A stretch of DNA of 64,000 nucleotides, taken from positions 32,001 through 96,000 of the IMG/VR virus record IMGVR_UViG_3300030430_005376; one strand, given 5' to 3'. A program made the translations under genes and the position numbers. Positions 17,873 to 28,079 of this stretch are shown here, in pieces. Below the pieces are notes generated by a model, which saw only the letters and a list, made by a program, of their open reading frames with translations, did no database searches and had not been told where the DNA came from. The stretch is from a virus. The number at the start of each line of letters is the position of its first letter. Positions within the stretch are counted from its first letter, which is position 1.

Positions 17873-19159
17873 TTATAAGGTCTCGTTTGTTAAATAATTT
17901 GCCATAATTACGCTCCCAACTTCAGGTTTTGAAGCAGTTGTAAAAAACACGTTTGATCCAGTAATGCTGTAATCTTGAAAGGGGGCTGAAGTTATGCTTG
18001 TTGCTGGCATTTGCAACAAGCCATTTACAAAAATTGAAACTTTTCCAGCTTCAACCGGAGCGTGATTGAGTGTGAAAAGAGTGCCAGCACTTGTTCCTAA
18101 TCCTAAATACTCATTAAAGACATGATTCGGTGCACTGATAGTTATCTGCCCGGAAGATGCTGATGTCACAGTGATCGAGCCTGCATGCTTTATAAAACTA
18201 GTGCCGTCTAAGAGCTTAGTGTGAGATCCTGTTAATTCATTAACACCTAGTGAACCGGTGACACCAACACGCCCACTAAACTCTGAGCCTGATAGAGTAG
18301 CAACAATTGAGTTGTCAACTGAGATTGTAAAGTTTCCATTCGCGCCTCCATCTTGTGTTTTGATACCAGTACCTGAAGTTAGCACTCTTTCAGCGCTTAG
18401 TGAACCAGTAGCTGTCTGAACAATATAAGTTGCACCAGAATCTCCTGACCCACCTGACCCACCTGCACTAATAACTTCATCGGCCATTTTTCCGACGTAA
18501 GCAAAAGCTTTTGCGTGTGCTGGTATTTTAGATGCATTGTAATCTTGAAGGAATAAAATACCATTGTAGAAATCAACATTCCAATCAATATTGTCTAAGA
18601 GGGGTATTTCATCCCCAATACCTCCGGCGCCATCGTCTTTGTATATTTTGACAATATAAGGATTAGGTGCGTTTTGAGAAAAGAAAGGAGGTATTAACTG
18701 TACCTTTCCCAGCGTTTCGTGCACTATTTTGTTGTTGTCAAATAAGCCTGCGCCTTTATTAGGATTTGAAGAATTGGCTTGGTAGTCTGAAGGGAATACA
18801 AATTTGTATGTGTGCGGACCAGCAGTTTGACTACTCTCTCCTGCATCTTGACCTGAACCGCCGTCAGGATTTGTGCTGTTAGCATCGTAAGTTGTGCCTG
18901 TCAACGCTGTCAGTATAAAAGGAATGTACTCAACAGTTCCAGGTGCTCCGTTAGATGCACTTTGAATCGTATATAGGTCTAGGCTAGGGTTTGCAGGTAT
19001 TTCTTCGCCAAAAATTAGCGAAGTTGCTGCTTGAATGTTAGACCCTATTAACTCTTCGCCATCAGTTTTAAGATTTGAAGTGTGAGCTTTACCAAGAAGC
19101 TTCTTCTGGGCGAAAAATGTAGCAGATGTATTGGTTTTTCCTGCCATTAACCGCTCCAA
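17873..19159 (-). CDS. virion structural protein (fibre/baseplate associated)
   Basis: G/S/T-rich; C-terminal IFVNGLLQ...DYSITG module resembling the C-terminus of 15026..17509. Confidence 0.6.
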   Translation of the reverse strand: MERLMAGKTNTSATFFAQKKLLGKAHTSNLKTDGEELIGSNIQAATSLIFGEEIPANPSLDLYTIQSASNGAPGTVEYIPFILTALTGTTYDANSTNPDGGSGQDAGESSQTAGPHTYKFVFPSDYQANSSNPNKGAGLFDNNKIVHETLGKVQLIPPFFSQNAPNPYIVKIYKDDGAGGIGDEIPLLDNIDWNVDFYNGILFLQDYNASKIPAHAKAFAYVGKMADEVISAGGSGGSGDSGATYIVQTATGSLSAERVLTSGTGIKTQDGGANGNFTISVDNSIVATLSGSEFSGRVGVTGSLGVNELTGSHTKLLDGTSFIKHAGSITVTSASSGQITISAPNHVFNEYLGLGTSAGTLFTLNHAPVEAGKVSIFVNGLLQMPATSITSAPFQDYSITGSNVFFTTASKPEVGSVIMANYLTNETL

Positions 19160-22100
19160 GCCACTTGAATTCTATCTAAATAACCAGTCCAATTTTCGCT
19201 AGCAGATATTTTTATTACAAAATATTCAGCACCTGAAGTTGTACCGTTGACAGTTTGGCCGTTGAAAGTACACACATTGGTCTCTCCAGAACCATCGATA
19301 TTTGAATTTAGATCTCCAAACAAACACCCATCACCTGCAGAGATATTTCCTGCGCCTGCTGAAGGTTTTCCTAAATCTAAGAACTCGGTTTTGCCAGGTA
19401 TTTTTAATTCAACAAAAATGTTCTTGTTGCTACCTAATGCTGCGGCATTAGGACCAGTCTTTCCTACTAGCGCTGCGTCGCCATACAGCGTAATCGTTAC
19501 TCTTGCCAGATCATTTGTGGTATTATTTAAAAATCCTCTAAAGAAATCTCTAGTTGAGTTTGTTAAAGTTGAGTAGTTTACATTACCTGCAGGAGATTCT
19601 ATCCCACCCCCTTCGTCGTGGTTTCTAAAGTCACCTGAAGATCCTGCTGCTTTTGGTGATATTAAATAAGTATCGTATACAAGGAGGCCAGTTGCGTGTT
19701 CTGCATAAGATACCTGATCGTTCATTGACTGCTGTGAGTTCCAATTGTTAGATCCTCCTGATATGTCTGCTTGTGCACTGTAACTTCCGCTGACCAGCCT
19801 ATTCGCTTCAGCAGTAAACTGCTCATCTGTGTTTGCATTTGAAGTGTCAGAAGGTGTCCAAACTAAAAGATTTGTGGTAGTTTGTGTAGGCGTTGTTAGA
19901 TTAGATTTTAGAGGGTGGACAAAAGTCATCGCGCCGGCGCAATCATGTGCTGTGGTTAAAGAAGAACCCGGTAGAGACTTAGACTGAGAAAAGTTGATGG
20001 TTCCAGTTGCGTGAAGAATTGTATCTTGGGAGTCAGTAGATGTGCTCAAAGTTTGCAGTGAATCATTAGCAGCACTAGTTGATTTTGTTGAAGTTAATCC
20101 TGATCCGCTCTGAATTACTTTTGCGCCTGTCGCGTTTGTTAAATTTGAAAAAGATATTGCACTATTACTGTCTGAGTATACATTCTTGTATAAGTTAGAT
20201 ATTCTTGTGCTGATACTGCCTGACGGTGAGTTGAAGTATTTTACACCGCTTATGAAACTAAAAGAATCATCTCCAAAAATTGACAAACTGTTTCCTGCAG
20301 ATGAAAGTGCATCTGCATTATTGTCGTTTACCCATTCAACATAATTTGTAGTCCTTGTACCCCAAGTACCTATATGCTTAACACGAGCGTAATTCCAGCC
20401 GTTTCTCTGATTTGCCGTGTGTACTCTGTACTTTCCTGTTCTTTGTATTTCTAAGAAATGTGGCACTTCGTTGTCAAACTCTGCAGGCTTCCACGTACTT
20501 AAATCAAAAAATCCGCTATTTCCTGTAAATGATGTGCCGGTTCCAGAACCAGGCGAACCAGCGCCGACAAGATTAAAAGATCCTGTCAGTTCAACTGTGT
20601 GTATGTCAGATCCATTAACTTCTAAAACTAAAGATCCACTATTAGCATCTGAAAAAGCATTTGCTACAAAGTCAGGAGAATTTGCAGAAACATCTTCGTT
20701 TAAGTCACCTTCAATAATAGTGTCTAAGGCAAAAACACCTCTTCTCAAATTATTGGAATTTGAAGTAATCTCGTACAATCCATTAAGATCAACTGCTGAC
20801 TCGATACCTGCAGAGTCACCGACGCTTGTGTATCCCGTAATAGACTTCGAAGATCCAAAAGAAAGATTTGCGTCAGCTCCTGAATCATTACAATCAATGT
20901 CATCTAAGTCAGGTATTGGAGTTATTGTCCCTGTCCCTGCACCAAAAGTTACCTCTATTTGGTTTATAAATCCTGTCCAGCTTGCATCTGCTTCTATTCT
21001 TATTCCGATGTATTCATTGTTTGATACACCAACTGTTCCTAATGTAACAATGTTAGTTGCGTTTAGTGAATTATCAAAACTTAAGCTTCCATTTGCTGTA
21101 TGTGCGCCGTCATTATCTGTGTATGAGTCTAAAACAAACTCTGTTGCAAGATCTAGCCAGCCTGTTTCTCTTGTTCCATTGTTTGGAAACTTGACAAACA
21201 CACGAATTCTACTGCTGTTTAATGAAGTTGAGGCAGGTACAATTGTTGTGCCAGAACCATTAATTTCAATAGAAAAATCTTGTTTTGTAGAGCCCGTTGT
21301 ATTTCTAAACCACCTATAAAAAGTGCGTTGACCTGATACTCCTGAATAATTAGGATTCTCCGCCGGGCTGTTGTCTAGCTTGCCGCCATCTGAAGTTGAA
21401 CGAAAATCTCCAGATCTTAGTGTGTTTATAGGAGAGAATAATTTTGTATTGTAAAATTGCAAACCGTTTGTGTGTGCGCCATTAGAAGCGGTCATGTGAA
21501 TTGTGCTGTCCCAGACGTTTCCAGCATCAACAAGTGACGCTTGTGTGTCATACGCACCTGAAATTATTCTAAAGTTTTCTCTTCTAAATGTTTCTAAAGT
21601 ATTTGTTGAGGTATTTGACAAATTGTACATCAAAATACCTGTAACTGTTGATTGACCTCCGTTAGAAAGATTAGATTTCAAAGGATGTGTAACATTGATT
21701 CCTGCTGTCAAAGCACCACTTATAAAATAATTTGACGTAACGTTTCCAGAACCAGTTACATGTAAAATTTTATTATGGTCCTCAGAGCCGCCTATTGTTG
21801 GTTTCGCCTGACTTGATATAGAAAAAGAAGGACTGCTTGATTCTTCAGCACTATTGCTTGTTGTGAAAGTTATATTGTTGTTATCATGAACATACTTGTA
21901 TGCATTTGTCGCTCTAACTTTATATTGTGCGCTGCCGCTTTGAAAATATTCGACCCCTGATAAATGAACGCTACCGCTTCCTTCAAAAGATAAACTGTTT
22001 CCACTCGCGGCTAAAGCATCATTATTGTTATCATTTACCCATTCTATAAAATTTGTAGTTGTAGTCGAGCCAGACCTAACGTGTTGGACTCTAGCATAAT

Positions 22101-22938
22101 TCCAACCGTTTCTTTGATTGTCGGTACTTACTACAAATTGACCTGTCCTGTGCTTGAAAGAATTAAACGGGTTGCCATTTGAAAAAGTACCAGACGTAGG
22201 GGAAGAAAAAAAGTTAAATCCTGAGCCGTCTGAATTTAAGTGAGATCCTGTCCCCAGGCCTGACGTTCCACTTCCAATCATCACAGTAGTTAAGTCTATT
22301 TCTTTAATTGTGGAACCGTTCACGTTCAATCTAAGGACACCTGTATCTCCATCGCCGAAAGAAAATGCAGGAAAATTCTGAACTCCTGAGCCTTGACTGT
22401 TTGCAGCTATATCAGAATTTAAAACACCGCTAATGTGTGTTGCACCTGAAAAAACACCTAGTCTAATATTGTTGCTACTGGTTGTGACTGTGTATGAGCC
22501 ATTTACATCAACGCTTGAACCTAAACCTGCACTTGAACCTACAGTAGCATAAGCAGGCACAGCAGAAGATTGATCATTTGAAGAACCAAAAGAAAGAAGT
22601 GCAGTGGTTCCTGTCTGAAGTGAATTTAAATTATCGAGTCCAGGCCCTGGCGCAGGAGCTAACGCTTTTAAGACTTCATTAAACCTGTCAATAGAAACTC
22701 CAATCAGTGTTTCTGTCGTAAAATCAGTAAAAAGCCCATCCGTATAATCACCATCCTCAGCTGAGCCTATGGTTGAACCGCCTGTAGTTGATGCAGCAAT
22801 TGTAAACGAACCTGAATCTTCAGTAATGGTAACGTTTGAGCCTGCGACTAAAGAACCAGACAAAAAGCTTCCGTCACCAGCTGATACTTGGATAGTTCCT
22901 AACGAGCCTGTCGACTCTGTAACTCTTATTGCTGTCAT
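19147..22938 (-). CDS. large virion structural protein with internal duplication (tail fibre/spike-like)
   Basis: 1263 aa, S/G/T/N-rich; two copies of NQRNGWNYARVxH...TTNxxEWVNDNNxDAL. Confidence 0.65.
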   Translation of the reverse strand: MTAIRVTESTGSLGTIQVSAGDGSFLSGSLVAGSNVTITEDSGSFTIAASTTGGSTIGSAEDGDYTDGLFTDFTTETLIGVSIDRFNEVLKALAPAPGPGLDNLNSLQTGTTALLSFGSSNDQSSAVPAYATVGSSAGLGSSVDVNGSYTVTTSSNNIRLGVFSGATHISGVLNSDIAANSQGSGVQNFPAFSFGDGDTGVLRLNVNGSTIKEIDLTTVMIGSGTSGLGTGSHLNSDGSGFNFFSSPTSGTFSNGNPFNSFKHRTGQFVVSTDNQRNGWNYARVQHVRSGSTTTTNFIEWVNDNNNDALAASGNSLSFEGSGSVHLSGVEYFQSGSAQYKVRATNAYKYVHDNNNITFTTSNSAEESSSPSFSISSQAKPTIGGSEDHNKILHVTGSGNVTSNYFISGALTAGINVTHPLKSNLSNGGQSTVTGILMYNLSNTSTNTLETFRRENFRIISGAYDTQASLVDAGNVWDSTIHMTASNGAHTNGLQFYNTKLFSPINTLRSGDFRSTSDGGKLDNSPAENPNYSGVSGQRTFYRWFRNTTGSTKQDFSIEINGSGTTIVPASTSLNSSRIRVFVKFPNNGTRETGWLDLATEFVLDSYTDNDGAHTANGSLSFDNSLNATNIVTLGTVGVSNNEYIGIRIEADASWTGFINQIEVTFGAGTGTITPIPDLDDIDCNDSGADANLSFGSSKSITGYTSVGDSAGIESAVDLNGLYEITSNSNNLRRGVFALDTIIEGDLNEDVSANSPDFVANAFSDANSGSLVLEVNGSDIHTVELTGSFNLVGAGSPGSGTGTSFTGNSGFFDLSTWKPAEFDNEVPHFLEIQRTGKYRVHTANQRNGWNYARVKHIGTWGTRTTNYVEWVNDNNADALSSAGNSLSIFGDDSFSFISGVKYFNSPSGSISTRISNLYKNVYSDSNSAISFSNLTNATGAKVIQSGSGLTSTKSTSAANDSLQTLSTSTDSQDTILHATGTINFSQSKSLPGSSLTTAHDCAGAMTFVHPLKSNLTTPTQTTTNLLVWTPSDTSNANTDEQFTAEANRLVSGSYSAQADISGGSNNWNSQQSMNDQVSYAEHATGLLVYDTYLISPKAAGSSGDFRNHDEGGGIESPAGNVNYSTLTNSTRDFFRGFLNNTTNDLARVTITLYGDAALVGKTGPNAAALGSNKNIFVELKIPGKTEFLDLGKPSAGAGNISAGDGCLFGDLNSNIDGSGETNVCTFNGQTVNGTTSGAEYFVIKISASENWTGYLDRIQVAWSG

Positions 22939-23006
22939 TTTAAAAACTCAACTTAGACAAACTTAACTTTGAAATCTTACTAGGTATTTGACTCCTATTA
23001 AAAAAA

Positions 23007-23462
23007 TCAATATTTTAATTTTTGATTGACCATATATGCATAGGACTCGTACTGACTGCATGTTGCAGACAGAAAGTCGCCCATCCCCAAAGATAAAACC
23101 CCTTCCTTTTCTAGTGTTACTTTTAAAGATTCAATGGCCTTAATGTGATCTACAATTAACACTAAAGCGTACATTGAAATTTCTCTATCTGATAAATTAG
23201 CAGGTGTCTGATAATTTCTCAGTATTGTAGCTGCCATAGAAGAAATAATTAGAGGGCAAGCGCATTCCTCGTCGTTTGTTTGATACAAAAATTTTTCAAC
23301 AATTACGTCAAAATCTTTACTTGCTGATTCATATATTCTTCCATACAAAAGCTCGTGATTTGCTATAAAAGCCGGACCTTTTGTAAGATGGTGTGCTGCG
23401 TGCATCCACATCTCAACAGCTTTAAATGAACCGATAGTTGATAAAGCTATTTCTTTGAACAT
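23007..23462 (-). CDS. ferritin/Dps-like four-helix protein
   Basis: WMHAAHHLTKGPAFIANHELLYGRIYE...D..VE Dps-like motif. Confidence 0.7.
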   Translation of the reverse strand: MFKEIALSTIGSFKAVEMWMHAAHHLTKGPAFIANHELLYGRIYESASKDFDVIVEKFLYQTNDEECACPLIISSMAATILRNYQTPANLSDREISMYALVLIVDHIKAIESLKVTLEKEGVLSLGMGDFLSATCSQYESYAYMVNQKLKY

Positions 23463-23500
23463 TTCTACTCCTAAGATAAATATCTCTAAAATTAAAAAAA

Positions 23501-23523
23501 GACACCTTTATTTCAAAGGTGCC
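23501..23523 (-). terminator. intrinsic terminator after clpP
   Basis: GCACCTTT/AAAGGTGT stem followed by a T7 run. Confidence 0.75.
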
Positions 23524-23548
23524 TTCTTGTTAAAATCATCTATTCTGT

Positions 23549-24151
23549 CTATTGAAAATCGATATTTACATCTATTTTTACTTCTAGTTTTGGAAGCCTA
23601 GCATGATTTACTAAACCAATGTTTTTGCACTCATCAACTTCTAAAAACCAGTCAGCATGTCCTCTCTTGTGTATTTCTTCAAGAAAGTAATCATCGGGTT
23701 TACCACAATTTCTTGCCATTATTCTAAATATCTTTTTGTTAAGTCTATCTGTTTCTGCAGCTGATGCTTGTATTTCTTCGTTTTTTCCATGTTGGCCTGA
23801 TGCCACATCGTGAATCATGACAGTTGCGTCTTGATCCATAAAACGCATTCCTTCATCGCCACAAGTTAAAAGAACAGCACCACAAGACATTGCTTTTCCT
23901 TCAACTATTGTTGCAACAGGTAAAGGGCAAGATCTAATAGTTGAAATCATTGACATCAAAGAATAGACTTGACCACCATACGAATCAATAACGACAGGTA
24001 CAACTTTTTGACCGGTATTTTGTGCCATAGAAAATTTATTTCTAAAGTCTTCTGCTGCTTGTTCGTCAAACTTGTTGACTGTGACTATAACTGGGTTGTT
24101 AGATAATTCAAATTCTTTTAAAAGATTTGACGCTTCAAATTTCCATAACAT
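23549..24151 (-). CDS. clpP: ClpP-family serine protease
   Basis: IDSYGGQV, GKAMSCG (Ser), VMIHD (His), DWFL (Asp). Confidence 0.85.
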   Translation of the reverse strand: MLWKFEASNLLKEFELSNNPVIVTVNKFDEQAAEDFRNKFSMAQNTGQKVVPVVIDSYGGQVYSLMSMISTIRSCPLPVATIVEGKAMSCGAVLLTCGDEGMRFMDQDATVMIHDVASGQHGKNEEIQASAAETDRLNKKIFRIMARNCGKPDDYFLEEIHKRGHADWFLEVDECKNIGLVNHARLPKLEVKIDVNIDFQ

Positions 24152-24168
24152 GTTCTATTCTCCTTATG

Positions 24169-26694
24169 TTAAGAACATTTACTAAAGCCGCAAGACTTGC
24201 ATGTGACGCAGCCTTCTTGATACACTAAGCTTCCTTCTGCACCGCACTCAGAACAAGTCTTGTCTCCGCCAACGGTTCCGTCAGGTATGTAGTTTTTAAG
24301 ACACCTAGCAATTACCTTGCTAAAGCTGAATAAATCTGCTTCTTTATCTTTTTGAAGTTGCTCAACTACATACTGGATAGGTGCGCCATGACGCAAAGCC
24401 AAAGAAATAGTTCTAGTGTAACCGGCGTGATTGGGATTGTCAAAAACTGCTACGACATCTTTTATTGCAAACTCGTCTTCTCCAGTACCGCAGAATAAGT
24501 CATACTTAGAAAGCATTGTCTTTCTTTGGCGACGCCTGAGTTCTCCGTAGCGATGTTTTCTAGGTATCTCTATATACTCGCTCAATCCACCTATTACCTC
24601 GTAGGGTCTTCCTTCCATTAGACCAATAAGAATAGTCCACTTCTCGCCCTTGATAGTTGCGTGATGTATTTCGCACTTTAAGCTTTCTGGGCGCTTAGGT
24701 GCATTATTGTCGGTAAATTTCATATCAGCTCTATCTTTAGCTTCTGGTTCTTCTGTGCTTACAAGAACTCCTGACCTGCTTCCGTCACGATAAACAGTAA
24801 TTCCTTTGCATCCACTCTGCCACCCACGCATGTAAACTTGTTTTACGGTATCAATGTCGATGTCAGCAGGTAAATTTGTAGTGTTTGAGATTGCGTGACA
24901 GACCCACTTCTGCGCGGCGGCTTGCAGATCTACTTTCGCCACCCAGTCAATTTCATTTGCAGTAGCGCCAGAATAAGGACTCATTTGTATCAATTCATCG
25001 GCGTCTTTATCCATGTGCTCTGGCGTTAAAGCATTTGTCATCCAGCTCTTGAAGTTGTGATGGTAAACTGTAAATTCAGTCCACCGATCGCCTAAGTCAT
25101 CAACAAAATCTACTCTTGCATCTTTATCGTTAGGATTGATCTTTTTACGACGTGTGTAGTGAAGCATAAATGCTGGTTCAATTCCACTTGTTGTCTGTGT
25201 AAGGACTGATACAGAACCTGCTGGAGCTGTTGTTGTATTAGCAATATTTCTGCGCCCAAATTTAGCGTTATGTTCTCTTGCAGTAATGTTGTTGATTCCT
25301 CCATTTTCGTCAATTGCATCAAATATTCTATCCAAGAAAGGATGATCTTCTTCTCTGCTTGGATCGTGAACTGTAAAGGAACCTCTCTCTTGTGCCATAA
25401 TCATAGAAGAAAAGTATGAATTAACAGCAAGCGCTTTGTAGATAGACTCAGTCATTCTAATACTAGCCCTGCTACCGTATGTAATGCCTAACATCGCAAG
25501 CGCGTCGCCAATACCTGTGATACCTAATCCTGTTCTACGACCGTTAACAGCTTGCTCTTTTACTTTATTCCAAAGATTAATTTCAGGTTGCTTAGCGTCT
25601 GGTGACTCTGGATCTGTTTCGATCTTAGCAAGGATCTTATCAATTTTTTCTATTTCTAGATCGATCATATCATCCATTAATCGCTGTGCCTTTTGTGAAA
25701 CTTCTCCAAAGTGAGCAAAGTCAAACTCAGCATCATCTGCCCAGGCATTCTTAACAAAAGAAGTAAGATTAACCAGCATTAGACGACAGCTATCGTAAGG
25801 TGAAAGAATGATTTCACCGCAGGGGTTGGTAGAGGTTGAGCCAAAGCCTTCTGCTTCGTAGATATCAGACGGAGTCATTCTCTTCGCTGTATCCCAAAAC
25901 AGAAGACCAGGCTCGGCTGACGCGTGTGCAGATTCAACAATCTCATGCCAAAGATCTTGGGCACTAACCCACTCTTCTACAATGGGCTCTTTGGCATCTA
26001 CAGGGAAACGCAGTTGTATTGGATCACCCCCTCGGACTGCGCGCATAAATTCCTCGCTTAAGCGAACTGAGATGTTTGCGCCTGTTACACGTGTCAGATC
26101 TCTTTTAATTCTAATAAAATCTCTAATTTGTGGATGGTGGACGGATAGTGATATCATCAGTGCACCTCGCCGGCCTCCTTGTGCGACCTCGCGGCAAGAA
26201 TTTGAAAAACGATCTAAGAAAACTTCTAAACCAGATGTTGTCTTAGCAGCGTTCGAAGTAGCAAGATTCTTGGGGCGAATGTTTGAAACGTCAAAACCAA
26301 CGCCACCACGGCGCTTCATAATTTGAACTTGCTCTTGGTCAGTCTTGAGAATTCCGCCATAGCTATCTTCGGGTGATGCTATAACAAAACAGTTTGACAA
26401 AGACTGAATTTGAAAGTTGTTACCTACTCCACTCATTGGTGAGCCTTGAGGTACTACATACTTAAAATCTTCAAACAGCGAGTAAATTTCATCTTCAGAC
26501 ATAGCGTTAGGATATTTTTGCTCAACTCTTGCAAACTCTTTTGCTAGCCTTCTGTGCATATCGCTTGGATCTGTCTCTAAGTAATTTCCTTCTCTATCTT
26601 GAAGCGCATATTTTCCAGCAAACACACTTGCTGCAAGCTCGTCGCCTTGGAAATATTCTGTTGATAATTTTAAAACTTGTTCGTATGAGTACAT
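24169..26694 (-). CDS. nrdJ: class II (adenosylcobalamin-dependent) ribonucleotide reductase
   Basis: VPQGSPM, LSNCFV, TNPCGEI, DSCRL, TAPAGSVS, TTSGIEP, KGITVYRDGSR, C-terminal CxxC ribbon. Start set at ATG 26694 (GAGGG SD) rather than 26730. Confidence 0.9.
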   Translation of the reverse strand: MYSYEQVLKLSTEYFQGDELAASVFAGKYALQDREGNYLETDPSDMHRRLAKEFARVEQKYPNAMSEDEIYSLFEDFKYVVPQGSPMSGVGNNFQIQSLSNCFVIASPEDSYGGILKTDQEQVQIMKRRGGVGFDVSNIRPKNLATSNAAKTTSGLEVFLDRFSNSCREVAQGGRRGALMISLSVHHPQIRDFIRIKRDLTRVTGANISVRLSEEFMRAVRGGDPIQLRFPVDAKEPIVEEWVSAQDLWHEIVESAHASAEPGLLFWDTAKRMTPSDIYEAEGFGSTSTNPCGEIILSPYDSCRLMLVNLTSFVKNAWADDAEFDFAHFGEVSQKAQRLMDDMIDLEIEKIDKILAKIETDPESPDAKQPEINLWNKVKEQAVNGRRTGLGITGIGDALAMLGITYGSRASIRMTESIYKALAVNSYFSSMIMAQERGSFTVHDPSREEDHPFLDRIFDAIDENGGINNITAREHNAKFGRRNIANTTTAPAGSVSVLTQTTSGIEPAFMLHYTRRKKINPNDKDARVDFVDDLGDRWTEFTVYHHNFKSWMTNALTPEHMDKDADELIQMSPYSGATANEIDWVAKVDLQAAAQKWVCHAISNTTNLPADIDIDTVKQVYMRGWQSGCKGITVYRDGSRSGVLVSTEEPEAKDRADMKFTDNNAPKRPESLKCEIHHATIKGEKWTILIGLMEGRPYEVIGGLSEYIEIPRKHRYGELRRRQRKTMLSKYDLFCGTGEDEFAIKDVVAVFDNPNHAGYTRTISLALRHGAPIQYVVEQLQKDKEADLFSFSKVIARCLKNYIPDGTVGGDKTCSECGAEGSLVYQEGCVTCKSCGFSKCS

Positions 26695-26702
26695 TAGCCC
26701 CT

Positions 26703-28079
26703 CTATTTGCTTGCTGTTATTTCTTTCCATTTAGATTTTAACATGTCTTTTGTGCCTGTATTATGAGAATCATAAATATCTACTAATGACATTTGACTAG
26801 GGTCGTCTATTATTTCTATCTTAGATCTTGCTGTGTCAATTTTAACAGGAAAAAGAATTCCATCTTTTCCAGCACGATTTTTTGCTACAAACAGACGACC
26901 AGAACCAGTAGCTTTTTCTGTTGCCTTTCTCGATAAAGAAACAACAATGTCGGCGACCATGGCCTTGCCATAAGCTTCTGACATGTTTTCGAGACCAACT
27001 ACTTCGGAGTTAGAAGCTTCCCGGTTTGCTTGTGATGCTGTCCAAACAGGAATGTTCATCTCCATTGCAAGGTTTCTCAACTCTTCATAAACAAGCTTAA
27101 GCTCATGTCGCAAAGAATCGAATTGTCTAGTTGATCTCATAATATCAGCATAGTCAATTACGACGAGTGACGGAATAAAATCTTTCATTGATAGTTTTTC
27201 AATGTGATTTCTAATCGTCACTATGCTGGCAGAACCTGTTGGGTACTGCTTTATAATTAGGCGACCGTAGTCGTTTTCCTTATAATGACTTAAAACATTT
27301 TCTTTGTTGTCAACAACATCTGAGGACGGTATTCCTGTTAAATTACTATCGTATCTAATGCCTACAGCTGTTTCAGAAAGCTCAAAAGTGTAATGAACAA
27401 CATTCTTGCCACGCTTAAGCGCCTCAGCACCCATTGCTACTAGCCAATGAGATTTACCAACACCTGTAGGCGCAACGATGACTCCAATTTCCCCTCTAGA
27501 AAGCCCACCGTTAAATACGTCCTTTGCATCTAAGTGATGCATTCCTGTTGGACAACAAACTCTATTTATTTTAGCAAATCTAGCTTCATGATCTTTGAAA
27601 AAGTCATGACCAACTGAAGAACCTGACCCTTTAGAAACAGCATCTTTCATGATATTTAGCACAGCTTCATAGTTTTCACCTTGAATTGCCTTTACACTGT
27701 CTTCGAGAGCTTGCTGAAGTACTTGCTTTTTGCAAAAATCTAAACTTTTTTCTTTTACGTATTCTAAGTCTCCTAAGTCAGGTGAGGACTTAACTCTTGA
27801 GAGATACTCAATAACCTGTCCTTTGAGAATTATGTCATCACCTTCAGTAAGCTCATCTTTGATAATTGATACCAACATGCTCAAGGTTGGAAAACTTTTG
27901 TATTTTAAGTAAAATCCAAAAAATCTGTCACATAAGTACTGAAGATATTTAAGTTCAAAATACTCATGTGTCATTACTTCAACCATTTGAGTTGCCCACT
28001 GATGGTCTCTCAAAAGAGATTGAAATATTTTTTCTTGAAAGTCTTTTCCGTACTTAGAAAAGTGATTTTCATAACTCAT
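26703..28079 (-). CDS. replicative DNA helicase (DnaB/T4 gp41-like)
   Basis: APTGVGKS Walker A, FELSE, VIDYAD, TASQANR, KNRAG. Confidence 0.9.
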   Translation of the reverse strand: MSYENHFSKYGKDFQEKIFQSLLRDHQWATQMVEVMTHEYFELKYLQYLCDRFFGFYLKYKSFPTLSMLVSIIKDELTEGDDIILKGQVIEYLSRVKSSPDLGDLEYVKEKSLDFCKKQVLQQALEDSVKAIQGENYEAVLNIMKDAVSKGSGSSVGHDFFKDHEARFAKINRVCCPTGMHHLDAKDVFNGGLSRGEIGVIVAPTGVGKSHWLVAMGAEALKRGKNVVHYTFELSETAVGIRYDSNLTGIPSSDVVDNKENVLSHYKENDYGRLIIKQYPTGSASIVTIRNHIEKLSMKDFIPSLVVIDYADIMRSTRQFDSLRHELKLVYEELRNLAMEMNIPVWTASQANREASNSEVVGLENMSEAYGKAMVADIVVSLSRKATEKATGSGRLFVAKNRAGKDGILFPVKIDTARSKIEIIDDPSQMSLVDIYDSHNTGTKDMLKSKWKEITASK

